The notes under the pieces were generated by a model that was given only the letters and a program-made list of their open reading frames with translations, had not been told where the DNA came from and did not search any database. DNA of 53,915 nucleotides from a virus (lineage: Duplodnaviria > Caudoviricetes), in IMG/VR virus record IMGVR_UViG_3300035016_000040; one strand, written 5' to 3'. Below are positions 45,488 through 53,915 of the stretch, piece after piece (the first letter of the stretch is position 1; every line of letters starts with the position of its first letter). The position numbers were made by a program, and so were the translations under genes.

Positions 45488-45534
45488 GAGGGGGGAGCGT
45501 CGCCCAACGTGAAATGGCGCTCTCCCCCTCTTTT
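45488..45534 (+). terminator. Intrinsic terminator after the tail tube gene
   Basis: GAGGGGGGAGCG...CGCTCTCCCCCTC followed by TTTT. Confidence 0.55.
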
Positions 45535-45564
45535 GTTCCACCACCCCACACAGAGGCACCGACC

Positions 45565-45920
45565 ATGAAGTTTGAACGAAACGCGTTCCTGCAATCGTTG
45601 ACCGTCAAGCGCAAGACCTTCAAAGCGCCGAACGGGATGGAGTTCACCATCCGCCAGTTGAAGGCGGGCGAGGTGCAGCAGTTCATCACGTTCCAGAAGG
45701 ACGCGAGCAAAGACCCGCTGTACCTGATGGCATGGTGTTCGTCCGCGCCGTGGTCGACCAGGACGGCAACCAGCCGATGAACGACGACGACATTCCCGCC
45801 ATCGTCGAGGCCGCGTTCGACAATTGCGAGACGGTGTTGCAGCCGGTGACCGACGAGGCCGCGCGCTTCACGGGCATCGTGAAGACGGAGGCCCAAAAAA
45901 AGCGCGGCTCCGCGAACTGA
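45565..45920 (+). pseudogene. Tail assembly chaperone G interrupted by an apparent 1-nt deletion near 45735
   Basis: The first frame (MKFERNAF...LMAW) continues as VFVRAVVDQDG in another frame; the A homolog reads ...IWVAVRVMLDEDD uninterrupted. Confidence 0.7.
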
Positions 45921-46252
45921 GCGCCCCGCGGCAGAAGTTCGCGTTCATGCTGTGTCGCACGCTCGGATTCGCGCACCCCGACCACCTGCTTGCGACCCTC
46001 ACGCACGAGCAGTTCGAGGATTGGATAGCCATCTACCCGCACGACCCGTGGGGCGAGGATCGCGACGACCTGCGGATGGCCCGCATGGTGTGGGCCACGT
46101 TCGCCGCGATGGGCGGGAAGAAGACGAAGAAGCTGAAGGAGTCCGATTTCCTGTTCAGCTTCAAGACCGCGATGGACAAGCCGCAGACCCCTGAGCAGTA
46201 CGCCGCCAAGGCGCGACGCCTGTACCTCGCGCAAGGCGGAAGGATCAAGTAA
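45896..46252 (+). CDS. Tail assembly chaperone GT extension via -1 frameshift at A_AAA_AAG (45896..45902)
   Basis: KKARLRELSAPRQKFAFMLCRTLG...PWGEDRDDLRMA. Confidence 0.75.
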   Translation, partial: KKARLRELSAPRQKFAFMLCRTLGFAHPDHLLATLTHEQFEDWIAIYPHDPWGEDRDDLRMARMVWATFAAMGGKKTKKLKESDFLFSFKTAMDKPQTPEQYAAKARRLYLAQGGRIK

Positions 46253-48508
46253 ATGGCCAAGAACATCAGCAGCTTATGGGTGGGGTTGACCGGCAACGTG
46301 TCGGGCCTGTCCAAGTCGTTCGGCGGTGCCATCGGCACCATCAAGGGGCTCGCGGGCAGCGTCGCGGGCGCTGGCGGCAAGCTGCTGGCGCTGACCGGGA
46401 TCGGCGCGGGCGTGGCCGGCGCGTTCGCGGCCGTCAAGGGCGCTGCGTCGGGCATCTCGCTGGCTGCGGATCTAGAGCAGACCGGGGTCGCGTTTGAGAC
46501 GATGCTTGGCAGCGCCGACGCCGCGGGCGCGATGATGGAGCAGCTAAAGAGCTTCGCTGCCTCAACGCCATTCGAGTTCCCCGAGATCGCCAACGCCACC
46601 AAGTCACTGCTGAACGCCGGCGTGGGCGCGGGGGAGATGACCGATAAGCTGCGCATGCTGGGCGACATCTCCGCAGGCTCGGGCAAGCCGCTTAATGAGT
46701 TGGTCGCGATATTCGCAAAGATCAAGAATACGGGCCGATTGCAAGGCGACACGCTCGCGCAGCTGGCCGAGGGTGGCGTGCCGGTCTACAAGGCGCTCTC
46801 TAAGCAGATGGGCGTTTCAACCGAGTCGATCGGTCAGATGGTCAGCGAAGGCAAGGTGAGCTTCGCCGAACTGGAAACCGCGTTAGGCAGCCTCACGGCG
46901 GCCGGCGGCATTTACGAGGGGATGACGCTAAAGCAGAGCCGGACGCTGGGCGGGCTCTGGTCGACGCTCACCGACACCATCGGCATGAGCATGGCCGATC
47001 TGGTGATGATCGTCGTGGACGCGTTCTCGCTTCGGGCAGGTATGACGGCGCTCACGGATGGGCTCGCGTGGGCAGGGGCCGCCGTGGGCGGATGGGTGAA
47101 GGGCATCGCGCCGATCGTCAAGGCGTTCGCCGTCAGCGCCTACCAATCGTTCGTGGGGTTCTACCAAGCCGCGGTGCCGATCCTGGGCCGCGTTTACTCG
47201 TTCGTTTCCAGCATCTTCGGCCAGCTCGTGCCCGTGGTGACGGGCGTGGCGACGACGCTGTGGACCGTGGCAAGCACGACGTTCACGGCCATCTACAACA
47301 CCGTTGCCCCGATCGTCCAGACCCTTTACACCACGGTGGCATCGCGGTGGCAGGGTCTGCTTACGTCGACCATCACCTACGGGCTCGCCATCTGGGGCGC
47401 GGTGCAGTCGGCGTTCGGCCTCGTGCTCGACGTCGCCAACGTGATGTGGAACGGCGTGGTGAGCGTGTGGAACTGGGGCGCGTCGTGGATCACCGGTTCC
47501 AGCACGAGCGCCGCGTCAACGGTCAGCGGTGTGTTCGCAGGCGTGGCCGACGTCTTCGGCTGGGTGCAGGAGAAGGTGACCGCCGCGTTGAATATCGCGT
47601 CGTTCGCGGTCGACAACTGGCGCGACGTGTTCGCGCTGGCGGGCACCAACGTGCTGTGGACCGTCGTCAGCCTGGGCAACCAGATCGCCCACGTCTTCAC
47701 CGAGGTCATCCCGTCGATCCTGACGTGGTTCGGCGACAACTGGAAGACGATCCTGCTGGACAACTTCAACTACGCCAAGGCGTTCTTCACGAACATCGCC
47801 AGCAATGCGGTGGCCATCCTGACGAACATCCCCGGCCTCATCAGCGGGCAAATGTCGTTCGCGGACCTGTGGACGCCGCTGGGGGAGGGGTTCAAGTCCC
47901 AGCTTTCCGAGATGCCGAAGATCGCCGAACGCGAGATCGGCGGGCTTGAGGCCACGCTTGCCGCTTCCAGCGCGTCGTTGGCCAACTCCCTCGTGACGGG
48001 CTACGACGCGAAGATCGCCGAGCAGAAGGCCGCTGCGGACGCCGCGAGCAAGGCGATTACCGATGGGGTCACCAACGCGTTCAAGCCGCCGGAGAAGATC
48101 GACCCGCCCGCCGTTGGCGAGGTGAAACCGCCGGAGCTGCCCACGATCGGGCTCGACGCGAAGGTGAACCAAGACAACCTCACCGTGGGCATCACGCCGG
48201 AACTGAAGCTATCCAAGATGGTGATGGCGGGCAGCGCCGAGTCGCAGGCCATGCGGTTCCTGTCCCCGGACATCGCCGCGGCACTGAAGGGACCGGCCAC
48301 GCCAGTCGCGGGCGCGGCCGGCAGCACCACCGCCCCCATTGCGATGGACGGTCCGAAGCAGCCGACCGTCGAGCAGTCGGCGGGCATGAAGCAGACCACC
48401 GACGATTTCGCGCGGCTGCAACTGGCCGAGCTGACCAAGCAGTCGTCGCTGCTGAAGTCGATCGACGACAGCCTGGCGAGCACTGACAACCTCACAATTG
48501 ATTTCTAA
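46253..48508 (+). CDS. Tail tape measure protein
   Basis: FETMLGSADAA...FAASTPFE...LGDISAG; periodic aromatic residues; shares AGSAE.QAMRF with A. Confidence 0.92.
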   Translation: MAKNISSLWVGLTGNVSGLSKSFGGAIGTIKGLAGSVAGAGGKLLALTGIGAGVAGAFAAVKGAASGISLAADLEQTGVAFETMLGSADAAGAMMEQLKSFAASTPFEFPEIANATKSLLNAGVGAGEMTDKLRMLGDISAGSGKPLNELVAIFAKIKNTGRLQGDTLAQLAEGGVPVYKALSKQMGVSTESIGQMVSEGKVSFAELETALGSLTAAGGIYEGMTLKQSRTLGGLWSTLTDTIGMSMADLVMIVVDAFSLRAGMTALTDGLAWAGAAVGGWVKGIAPIVKAFAVSAYQSFVGFYQAAVPILGRVYSFVSSIFGQLVPVVTGVATTLWTVASTTFTAIYNTVAPIVQTLYTTVASRWQGLLTSTITYGLAIWGAVQSAFGLVLDVANVMWNGVVSVWNWGASWITGSSTSAASTVSGVFAGVADVFGWVQEKVTAALNIASFAVDNWRDVFALAGTNVLWTVVSLGNQIAHVFTEVIPSILTWFGDNWKTILLDNFNYAKAFFTNIASNAVAILTNIPGLISGQMSFADLWTPLGEGFKSQLSEMPKIAEREIGGLEATLAASSASLANSLVTGYDAKIAEQKAAADAASKAITDGVTNAFKPPEKIDPPAVGEVKPPELPTIGLDAKVNQDNLTVGITPELKLSKMVMAGSAESQAMRFLSPDIAAALKGPATPVAGAAGSTTAPIAMDGPKQPTVEQSAGMKQTTDDFARLQLAELTKQSSLLKSIDDSLASTDNLTIDF

Positions 48509-48520
48509 GGAGCGCCGCCG

Positions 48521-49420
48521 ATGGCATGGATCAAGGTGAAAGAGCAGGGCCAATTGGCCGAGAGCCAACAGACCACCGACGAGAAGACCGCCAAGCGCGT
48601 GTTTGTCGCGGTGTCGGACGTAAACACGACCAGCGTCGCCGCGGAAACGGCCAGCTTCGGGGGCGTGACGGTTCCGGTCTTGGGGGCGGGCCATCCCGAC
48701 GACGGCAACCGCAAGGTGAAGTCCGTCAGCGCGTCCCCCGACGCCGAGAGCCGCAAGGTGTTTACCGTCGAGGTCGAGTATAGCGACAAGCTGTCACTCG
48801 TCGCGCTTGACCCGAACCCGTTGGACCGGCCCGCCGAAGTGTCGTGGGACTTCGACGACGCGACCGTGCCCTACTTCACTGACCGCAGCGAGACGCCCAA
48901 GCCCGTGGTGAACAGCGCCAAGGAACGGTTTGAATCCTACCTTGAACGCGAGACGGGCAGCATCACGGCGACGGTCACGAAGAATATCCCCGCCGCCGGC
49001 GCAGGCTCGTACAGCGCCGCCACGGCGCTGAGCCTCAAGGACACACTCAACGGCGGCACGATCACGGTCGACGGCGTGAGCATCAGCGCGGGGCAGGCCA
49101 AACTGAAGTGCTGGACCGTGGGGCCGGTGCAGAGCGAGACGGTCAATGGCGTGGTGGTGAACTACCGCCAATCGAAGATCCTCTACCAGTTTCGCGAGAC
49201 GTGGGACCACGTTGTGGAGGACCGCGGCTACAACGAGAAGGATGGCACGACGGGCAAGGTAAAGCCGATCCTGAAAGGCGACAAGCCGCCGACGCCGGTT
49301 GACACGCCGTGGCCACTGGACGGCGCAGGGGCGAAGAAGGCCAACATCAGCGACGAGCCGGAGCCGCTGACGTTCAAGCCCTACGCGTCGGCCGCACACG
49401 GCACCCTGCCACTAGCCTAG
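48521..49420 (+). CDS. Minor tail protein (distal tail / hub candidate)
   Basis: Homolog of 5186..6088. Confidence 0.75.
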   Translation: MAWIKVKEQGQLAESQQTTDEKTAKRVFVAVSDVNTTSVAAETASFGGVTVPVLGAGHPDDGNRKVKSVSASPDAESRKVFTVEVEYSDKLSLVALDPNPLDRPAEVSWDFDDATVPYFTDRSETPKPVVNSAKERFESYLERETGSITATVTKNIPAAGAGSYSAATALSLKDTLNGGTITVDGVSISAGQAKLKCWTVGPVQSETVNGVVVNYRQSKILYQFRETWDHVVEDRGYNEKDGTTGKVKPILKGDKPPTPVDTPWPLDGAGAKKANISDEPEPLTFKPYASAAHGTLPLA

Positions 49421-49438
49421 AAGCAAGCGAGGACCGAC

Positions 49439-50035
49439 ATGGCCGAGAGACTTTCATTTTCACGGGATGGCGCGTCGCGCGTCGTCAGCGCCACCCAGCA
49501 CTACGAGCGCCACCCGGACTATCAGGCGACCCGGCAACAGCCGCCCCGTCGCAACACCAGCAACGACGAGTTCTGGATTCAGTTGACCGCCGAGGGCACG
49601 AGTGCGCTGGTCGGGTGGTACAGCTGGAAGCTCGTTTACTTCAACCCGGTCACCAACGCATGGGCCGACGTGTCGCCAGCCGTCACTGGCACGACGAACG
49701 CGCGCGAGCAGAACTTGACGACGGGGCTATACAGCGCCAGCGCCCCGAAGCGATACCGCGCGCGGATGAACGGGTACAACGGCAGCGGTGCGCCGGTCTA
49801 TGTGTTCTTCGGGGGAGGTGCTAGTACCCCCTTGGCCGCCCACAATCAGGGCGTCGTCGTCGCGGCGGCACCGACGTTCATCAACGCGATCAATGGCATC
49901 ACATTCGCCGTAAATGGTACGGGCGTCGATCTGGACAACGGCATTCCTGCGGGCACTGGTCTGGGGAAGGTGCTTACGCTGATAACCGAAGACGGTAGCG
50001 TGAAGGATTGGGAGTATCCGCGGAGCATCCCATGA
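49439..50035 (+). CDS. Minor tail protein (conserved N-terminus, variable C-terminus)
   Basis: Homolog of 4541..5170 up to VYVFFG. Confidence 0.7.
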   Translation: MAERLSFSRDGASRVVSATQHYERHPDYQATRQQPPRRNTSNDEFWIQLTAEGTSALVGWYSWKLVYFNPVTNAWADVSPAVTGTTNAREQNLTTGLYSASAPKRYRARMNGYNGSGAPVYVFFGGGASTPLAAHNQGVVVAAAPTFINAINGITFAVNGTGVDLDNGIPAGTGLGKVLTLITEDGSVKDWEYPRSIP

Positions 50036-51570
50036 GCAATCTCTATTCGATCGCAGTCATGGGGCCGATTTGGGAGCGGGTGCGGCAAAGGGAGCGAGAG
50101 GGGTTCGGCTCCTTCAATCAGGGCACGATCACCGTTCCGGAACTTGGTGCGTGTTTGGCTTACGGGAGATCCCATGAGCCGAGGTTTTCGACTGACTGCT
50201 TTTCGATTCGGGCATTGCAAGATTGGCTAGAGGGCGCTTGCATAGCCTTTGCGCCCGCAGACATTGACCCTCCGACGAACGACTTTGAAAATTACACACT
50301 CGCGTCATGGCGGGCCGCAGCAGGGATTCATCCTGGCGGGTTCCGGAGGAAAGCACCGCGTAGCTTCGGGGTCATCGCAGGCGATTTCACCACGACCACA
50401 GACGCCTATGGTAACTCTGTTAGCGAGGGAGCAATTGGTTATGGGCTACGCGAAATCACGTCCTTCTCTAGCCCCGGAACCGCTGGCGACCATGCATTTT
50501 TCGGAACGCCTGGCAACGTGCTTCGATGCGTAACGAGCGGATCGTGGACGACGGCCACTACCGGCTACTCCGAAGTGCAGACCATCCGCATTCTGGGTGG
50601 CGTTCCTAGCAGCGGCACGTTCACCCTAACCTTCGCCGGCTCGACCACCACCGCGTTGAATTACAACGCAACTGCGTCCCAAGTGGGATCTGCCTTGGCG
50701 ACAGTACTTACCCCGCTGGGCCTATCGGCTTCCGTCACGGGGTCGGCGTTGCCTTCGGGCACCATCACGGTAACCTTTTCCGCATCGCGACCCCTACCCA
50801 AGATGACGGTCGCCAGTTCGAGCATTAACGCCGGCACGGTCACGGTTGCCCGTACCGTCCATGGACACGGCCGCATGGCCGACTGCGGCGGCAAGTACCG
50901 ATACGAAAGCGGCGTCTGGGTTCCGCATCGGGCGACCTCCACAACGCCCGCCGGAATTGACGTGCTCGACTCAGCCGAAGGCACGCTGCCGTACGGTGTT
51001 CATCAACCGATGGACTATCTCTTTGATGGGCTTCGGGACGAGATTGAAGCGGGCTTGGCGAAGTTGACTCGGACGATTAGAAGAAACTCAGGCTTTGCGA
51101 CCGTTGTCGGGCCGAGATGGAACACAAAGAACAATCTCGGCCTTGAAGGATCCCTGTCGTCCCAAGAAGCAGCCGATGCAAGCTGGTCATTCAGCCGGAA
51201 TCAGACACTTCTCCAAGCTATTTCTAATAACGTCTCCAGAGGGTCGAGTGCCGACAATTTGCTCTTTAGCGCCAGCCGCTGGCAACCTTTGGCCTACAGA
51301 ATCCCCGCATCTGTGGCCACGACCCGAACCGTGAACTTCTATTTCAACGTAGAAGCTGATGTATTTGAGCCGATGGGGGATAATGTTGTATTGGGGCTGA
51401 ACGTCTTGACGGGCGGCGGAACCACGGCGGCTTTAGATTTGGCAACAACCTACGGCGACATCAGTTCAACGCCGACCTGGCCACCGACCCCCACCACGAA
51501 TCACACAAATCGCATCGCAGGCTACAGTCTCTTTGATATAAACGTCGTCACCGATTGGGATTTCACATGA
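50032..51570 (+). CDS. Putative tail-tip / receptor-binding protein
   Basis: Last gene of the tail operon, lower GC; EVQTIRI...GTFTLTF.G.TT..LNYNA module; no visible similarity to 3640..4539. Confidence 0.6.
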   Translation: MSNLYSIAVMGPIWERVRQREREGFGSFNQGTITVPELGACLAYGRSHEPRFSTDCFSIRALQDWLEGACIAFAPADIDPPTNDFENYTLASWRAAAGIHPGGFRRKAPRSFGVIAGDFTTTTDAYGNSVSEGAIGYGLREITSFSSPGTAGDHAFFGTPGNVLRCVTSGSWTTATTGYSEVQTIRILGGVPSSGTFTLTFAGSTTTALNYNATASQVGSALATVLTPLGLSASVTGSALPSGTITVTFSASRPLPKMTVASSSINAGTVTVARTVHGHGRMADCGGKYRYESGVWVPHRATSTTPAGIDVLDSAEGTLPYGVHQPMDYLFDGLRDEIEAGLAKLTRTIRRNSGFATVVGPRWNTKNNLGLEGSLSSQEAADASWSFSRNQTLLQAISNNVSRGSSADNLLFSASRWQPLAYRIPASVATTRTVNFYFNVEADVFEPMGDNVVLGLNVLTGGGTTAALDLATTYGDISSTPTWPPTPTTNHTNRIAGYSLFDINVVTDWDFT

Positions 51571-52464
51571 TTAAGGCGCGACCGCCCCGAAGTTCGTGAT
51601 ATCGTCATCGGTGCCGTACTTCCGATCCTTGCCGGCGGCGATCAGGATGTAGGTATCTTTGCTGCGCGGGGTGCCGATGGCATTGCTCCCGCCGCTCAGG
51701 GTCGCATTCTTGAAGTACGGCAGGATATCCACGTCGCCTTTCATCGGCTTATCGCCAATCAGCCCCCAATCCTGCAAGCCGCCCGTCGTCGCTGCGTTGA
51801 AGTAGGGCGCGAGGTAGGCGACCTCGTACTGATAGTTTCGCGCCGCGCCGTTCTCATCCTGACCAGCACGGGTAACGATTCCCGATGCGCCGCTACGAGC
51901 ACGCAGGTAGAGCACGGGCAACGGCTCGCCACCGAAGCCATCTAAAAATTCGGGAATGATGGTGTCAGCCGCGCCGAACGCGACGTAGGGCTTGGCACCC
52001 AGCCGGGCGTCGCTCGCTTCGATGTACGCCGGGAACTGCTTCGGCGCGGTACCAGGATTAAGCGATGCCGGACCGCGGCCCACGTAAGCCGGTTCGTAGG
52101 TGAAGGTGTCGGGGGTCGTGTCGCGGTTCAGGTTCAGTCCGCCCGTCAACGAAAGAACAAGGCTTTCAGACATCGTGATAAGCTGGCCCTGCGTCGGGAG
52201 GCCCGCCAGCGGAACGTTCGTTGCCGGCGGGGTAAGGTAGTGCTGGGTGCCAATACTGTCGTTGGGGAACACACCCGGGTAGGCGCGGAAGTCGGCGTGG
52301 TAACGCTCGATCCCGCTCACCAGCGTCGAAATGTTCTGCTGGCTGTTGGCGACGTTGGCCGACGTGCGGATCTTAGACACCGTCGGCACGAGTATGCCGA
52401 TCAGGACGGCAATGATGCCGATGACCACGAGCAACTCGACCAAGCTAAAGGCGCTACGCTTCAT
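51571..52464 (-). CDS. Prepilin-type N-terminal cleavage/methylation protein (GspG-like pseudopilin)
   Basis: MKRSA|FSLVELLVVIGIIAVLIGILVPTV; GIERYHADFRAYP; C-terminal AGKDRKYGTDDDITNF as in GspG-type proteins. Confidence 0.88.
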   Translation of the reverse strand: MKRSAFSLVELLVVIGIIAVLIGILVPTVSKIRTSANVANSQQNISTLVSGIERYHADFRAYPGVFPNDSIGTQHYLTPPATNVPLAGLPTQGQLITMSESLVLSLTGGLNLNRDTTPDTFTYEPAYVGRGPASLNPGTAPKQFPAYIEASDARLGAKPYVAFGAADTIIPEFLDGFGGEPLPVLYLRARSGASGIVTRAGQDENGAARNYQYEVAYLAPYFNAATTGGLQDWGLIGDKPMKGDVDILPYFKNATLSGGSNAIGTPRSKDTYILIAAGKDRKYGTDDDITNFGAVAP

Positions 52465-52675
52465 TTCGACCTCGAAAGTAAATGGCCACCAATCCGCCGA
52501 TCAGCAAGCACAGCGACACCCCACCAATAGCATACAACCGGTAGCCTGTTTGTAGCCACCTCAACAACGGATCGACGGCCGAAAGCGAACGGGGCCACGC
52601 GCTCAGGATGACAGCGATCGTGAGTCCGGCCAGTACGCAGGCCATTACCCTTGTTGACACTTTGGCTGCTTCCAT
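52454..52675 (-). CDS. Small two-TM membrane protein coupled to the prepilin-like gene
   Basis: MACVLAGLTIAVILSAW and LYAIGGVSLCLLIGGLVAIYF; ends NEA-stop overlapping the pilin ATG by 11 nt. Confidence 0.65.
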   Translation of the reverse strand: MEAAKVSTRVMACVLAGLTIAVILSAWPRSLSAVDPLLRWLQTGYRLYAIGGVSLCLLIGGLVAIYFRGRNEA

Positions 52676-52677
52676 TC

Positions 52678-52738
52678 TTCGCGATGTCCACAGCCCGCCG
52701 CTAGGGCCACAGGACGCAAAACGGCGAACGATTCGCCC
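52678..52738 (-). promoter_or_regulatory. Conserved non-coding element upstream of the pilin cassette (copy B)
   Basis: 57/61 identical to 1741..1801. Confidence 0.75.
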
Positions 52739-52744
52739 CACCGC

Positions 52745-53152
52745 CTACACCGAGGCCGGTTTGCCCTTCACACCCAATGCGGCCCGCTGCACGTCGTCCG
52801 GCTGGGCCAGCAACCACGCCGCGACCGCCTCAACGGCTTCAGCACGCTCTACGCCCCACCGCTGGCAGAGTTGGTAGACGCTCGTAACCCTTGGCTTTCG
52901 GAAGACGGGCACCGCTACGGGCGTGCTCGACCACGCTGCGTCCAATTCATCGGGCGTCATATCGAGCGCCTTGGCGAGCCTCGAATAAGAACCGGTCTGA
53001 ACCGTGTCGGCAGTGGGCAACCGTTCAATGCGGATGATGAACCGATCGGAAACGCGGGCACGTTCCGCCAGTTCCTTCCGCGACCAGCCCCGCGTTCGCC
53101 GGGCCGCGAAGATGTAGTGGCCGAAGTGGATTTGCTTTTTCGCTGCTATCAC
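52745..53152 (-). CDS. XRE-family HTH repressor
   Basis: FGHYIFAARRTRGWSRKELAERARVSDRFIIRIE...RLAKALDM. Confidence 0.85.
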   Translation of the reverse strand: MIAAKKQIHFGHYIFAARRTRGWSRKELAERARVSDRFIIRIERLPTADTVQTGSYSRLAKALDMTPDELDAAWSSTPVAVPVFRKPRVTSVYQLCQRWGVERAEAVEAVAAWLLAQPDDVQRAALGVKGKPASV

Positions 53153-53187
53153 AGGGGAGAATCTACCTCACCCGCCCCGCCAATGCG

Positions 53188-53254
53188 GTGACATTCACCT
53201 ACATTCTTCCAATGTCACTTGCATTCGGTAAATGTCACTGTAGTATTGTGACAT
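53188..53254. promoter_or_regulatory. Operator array and promoter between the divergent regulators of B
   Basis: AATGTCACT at 53211 and 53231, inverted GTGACAT at 53188 and 53248; TTGCAT-N16-TAGTAT. Confidence 0.7.
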
Positions 53255-53278
53255 CAACTACCGATAGGAGCATCAGAC

Positions 53279-53479
53279 ATGCGAAAGAAGAAGCCCTTCA
53301 GCATCTACCCACGCCAGACTGACCACGCCGCGGCCACGCAGCTTGCGGACGAGATGGACCTGCACATCAGCCAGATCTATCTGCTGGGCTTTCGGGCGTT
53401 CGTGAAGCGTCGCAACCGCAAGCTGAGCGCGGCCATGAGCGTGGCGGGCAAGCGTGGCGAACGGTCGTTGCGCGCGTAG
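53279..53479 (+). CDS. Small RHH-like regulator (Cro-position gene)
   Basis: AGGAG RBS; PFSIYP...AATQLADEMDLHISQIY. Confidence 0.6.
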   Translation: MRKKKPFSIYPRQTDHAAATQLADEMDLHISQIYLLGFRAFVKRRNRKLSAAMSVAGKRGERSLRA

Positions 53480-53606
53480 CCTGAGAAACCAGACTAGTCC
53501 CGTTTTCGGGCCGCCGGTTGCCCCTGAAAAACCAAGGGATTTTCGATTTTCTCACGAAGTTCAGGCCCGCCGTAACCGTTTTCCACCACCAACCCCCGAG
53601 GACCAC

Positions 53607-53915
53607 ATGAACACCAAGCGAAAGAACCGCAAAGCTGTGTCGATGCCCATGACGGTAAACGCCGCCGTCGCGCGAGCGTTTGAACGGGCGCTCGTGACCA
53701 AGACCCACAAGCTGCGCCGAAGCCTCGTGCTGCAACGCCTGATGGTTTGCTTCGTCCTGTCGACGCCCCAGGAGCGCGAGCGGGCCGTTGCGGCCGGGCA
53801 CTACGACAGCCGGTTCAGCAAGGCCGATCGGATCGAATACTACGGCTGGCTGAACGACAGCCTAGATGGAGGGAAGGACTACCGCGGACTGACGAAGCGC
53901 CGCCGGACGGTCTGA
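53607..53915 (+). CDS. RHH-like hypothetical protein
   Basis: GAGGA RBS; MPMTVNAAVARAFERAL...RSLVLQRLM. Confidence 0.5.
   Translation: MNTKRKNRKAVSMPMTVNAAVARAFERALVTKTHKLRRSLVLQRLMVCFVLSTPQERERAVAAGHYDSRFSKADRIEYYGWLNDSLDGGKDYRGLTKRRRTV

Larger units (their letters stand above)
26146..53915. mobile_element. Prophage B (HK97-like head, siphovirus-type tail); right end beyond the window
   Basis: Integrase next to att, full late operon on +, XRE/RHH switch at the far end. Confidence 0.88.

Noticed and set aside
3640-51570. Diversity-generating retroelement or invertase shufflon for tail variation
   Set aside because: No reverse transcriptase, no adenine-specific TR/VR pair and no serine invertase seen
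52461-52691. Alternative ORF MDIAKNG... sharing MDIA with 1788..2096
   Set aside because: The shared residues come only from the conserved DNA element; the 2-TM frame with the conserved NEA/NET overlap is the better gene model

Overview
High-GC window, probably from a planctomycete (inferred from the integrase type, DUF1580-like genes and prepilin-type genes). It holds two related but distinct HK97-fold, long non-contractile-tailed prophages in tandem, separated by a duplicated 3' half of tRNA-Val(GAC) at 26146-26186 that looks like an att junction. Prophage A (1 to ~26186) has its integrase on + and its replication, packaging, head and tail genes on -. Prophage B (~26146 to past the window end) has its integrase and all late genes on +. 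The two structural operons are therefore inverted relative to each other. The most striking shared feature sits at the tail end of each prophage, convergent with the tail-tip gene. It is a cassette made of a ~60-bp non-coding element (57/61 identical between the phages), a small 2-TM protein, and an overlapping type IV prepilin-like gene (MKRSA|F-T/S-LVELL). The mature pilins differ: GspJ/PilW-like in A and GspG-like in B. This is a candidate pilin-mimic receptor-blocking or superinfection-exclusion system. Both late operons start with a PLD-like gene behind a conserved cos-like element, and neither has a recognisable lysis module. B lacks A's initiator/DnaC pair and instead has a ParB-Spo11/TopoVI-A-like fusion followed by ~0.9 kb of structured non-coding DNA with a DnaA box and 11-bp repeats. 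B also has a fixed-spacing TTTCCA-N15-TAGRGG motif and a broken tail chaperone gene. All calls come from reading motifs and synteny by eye; no database searches were run.
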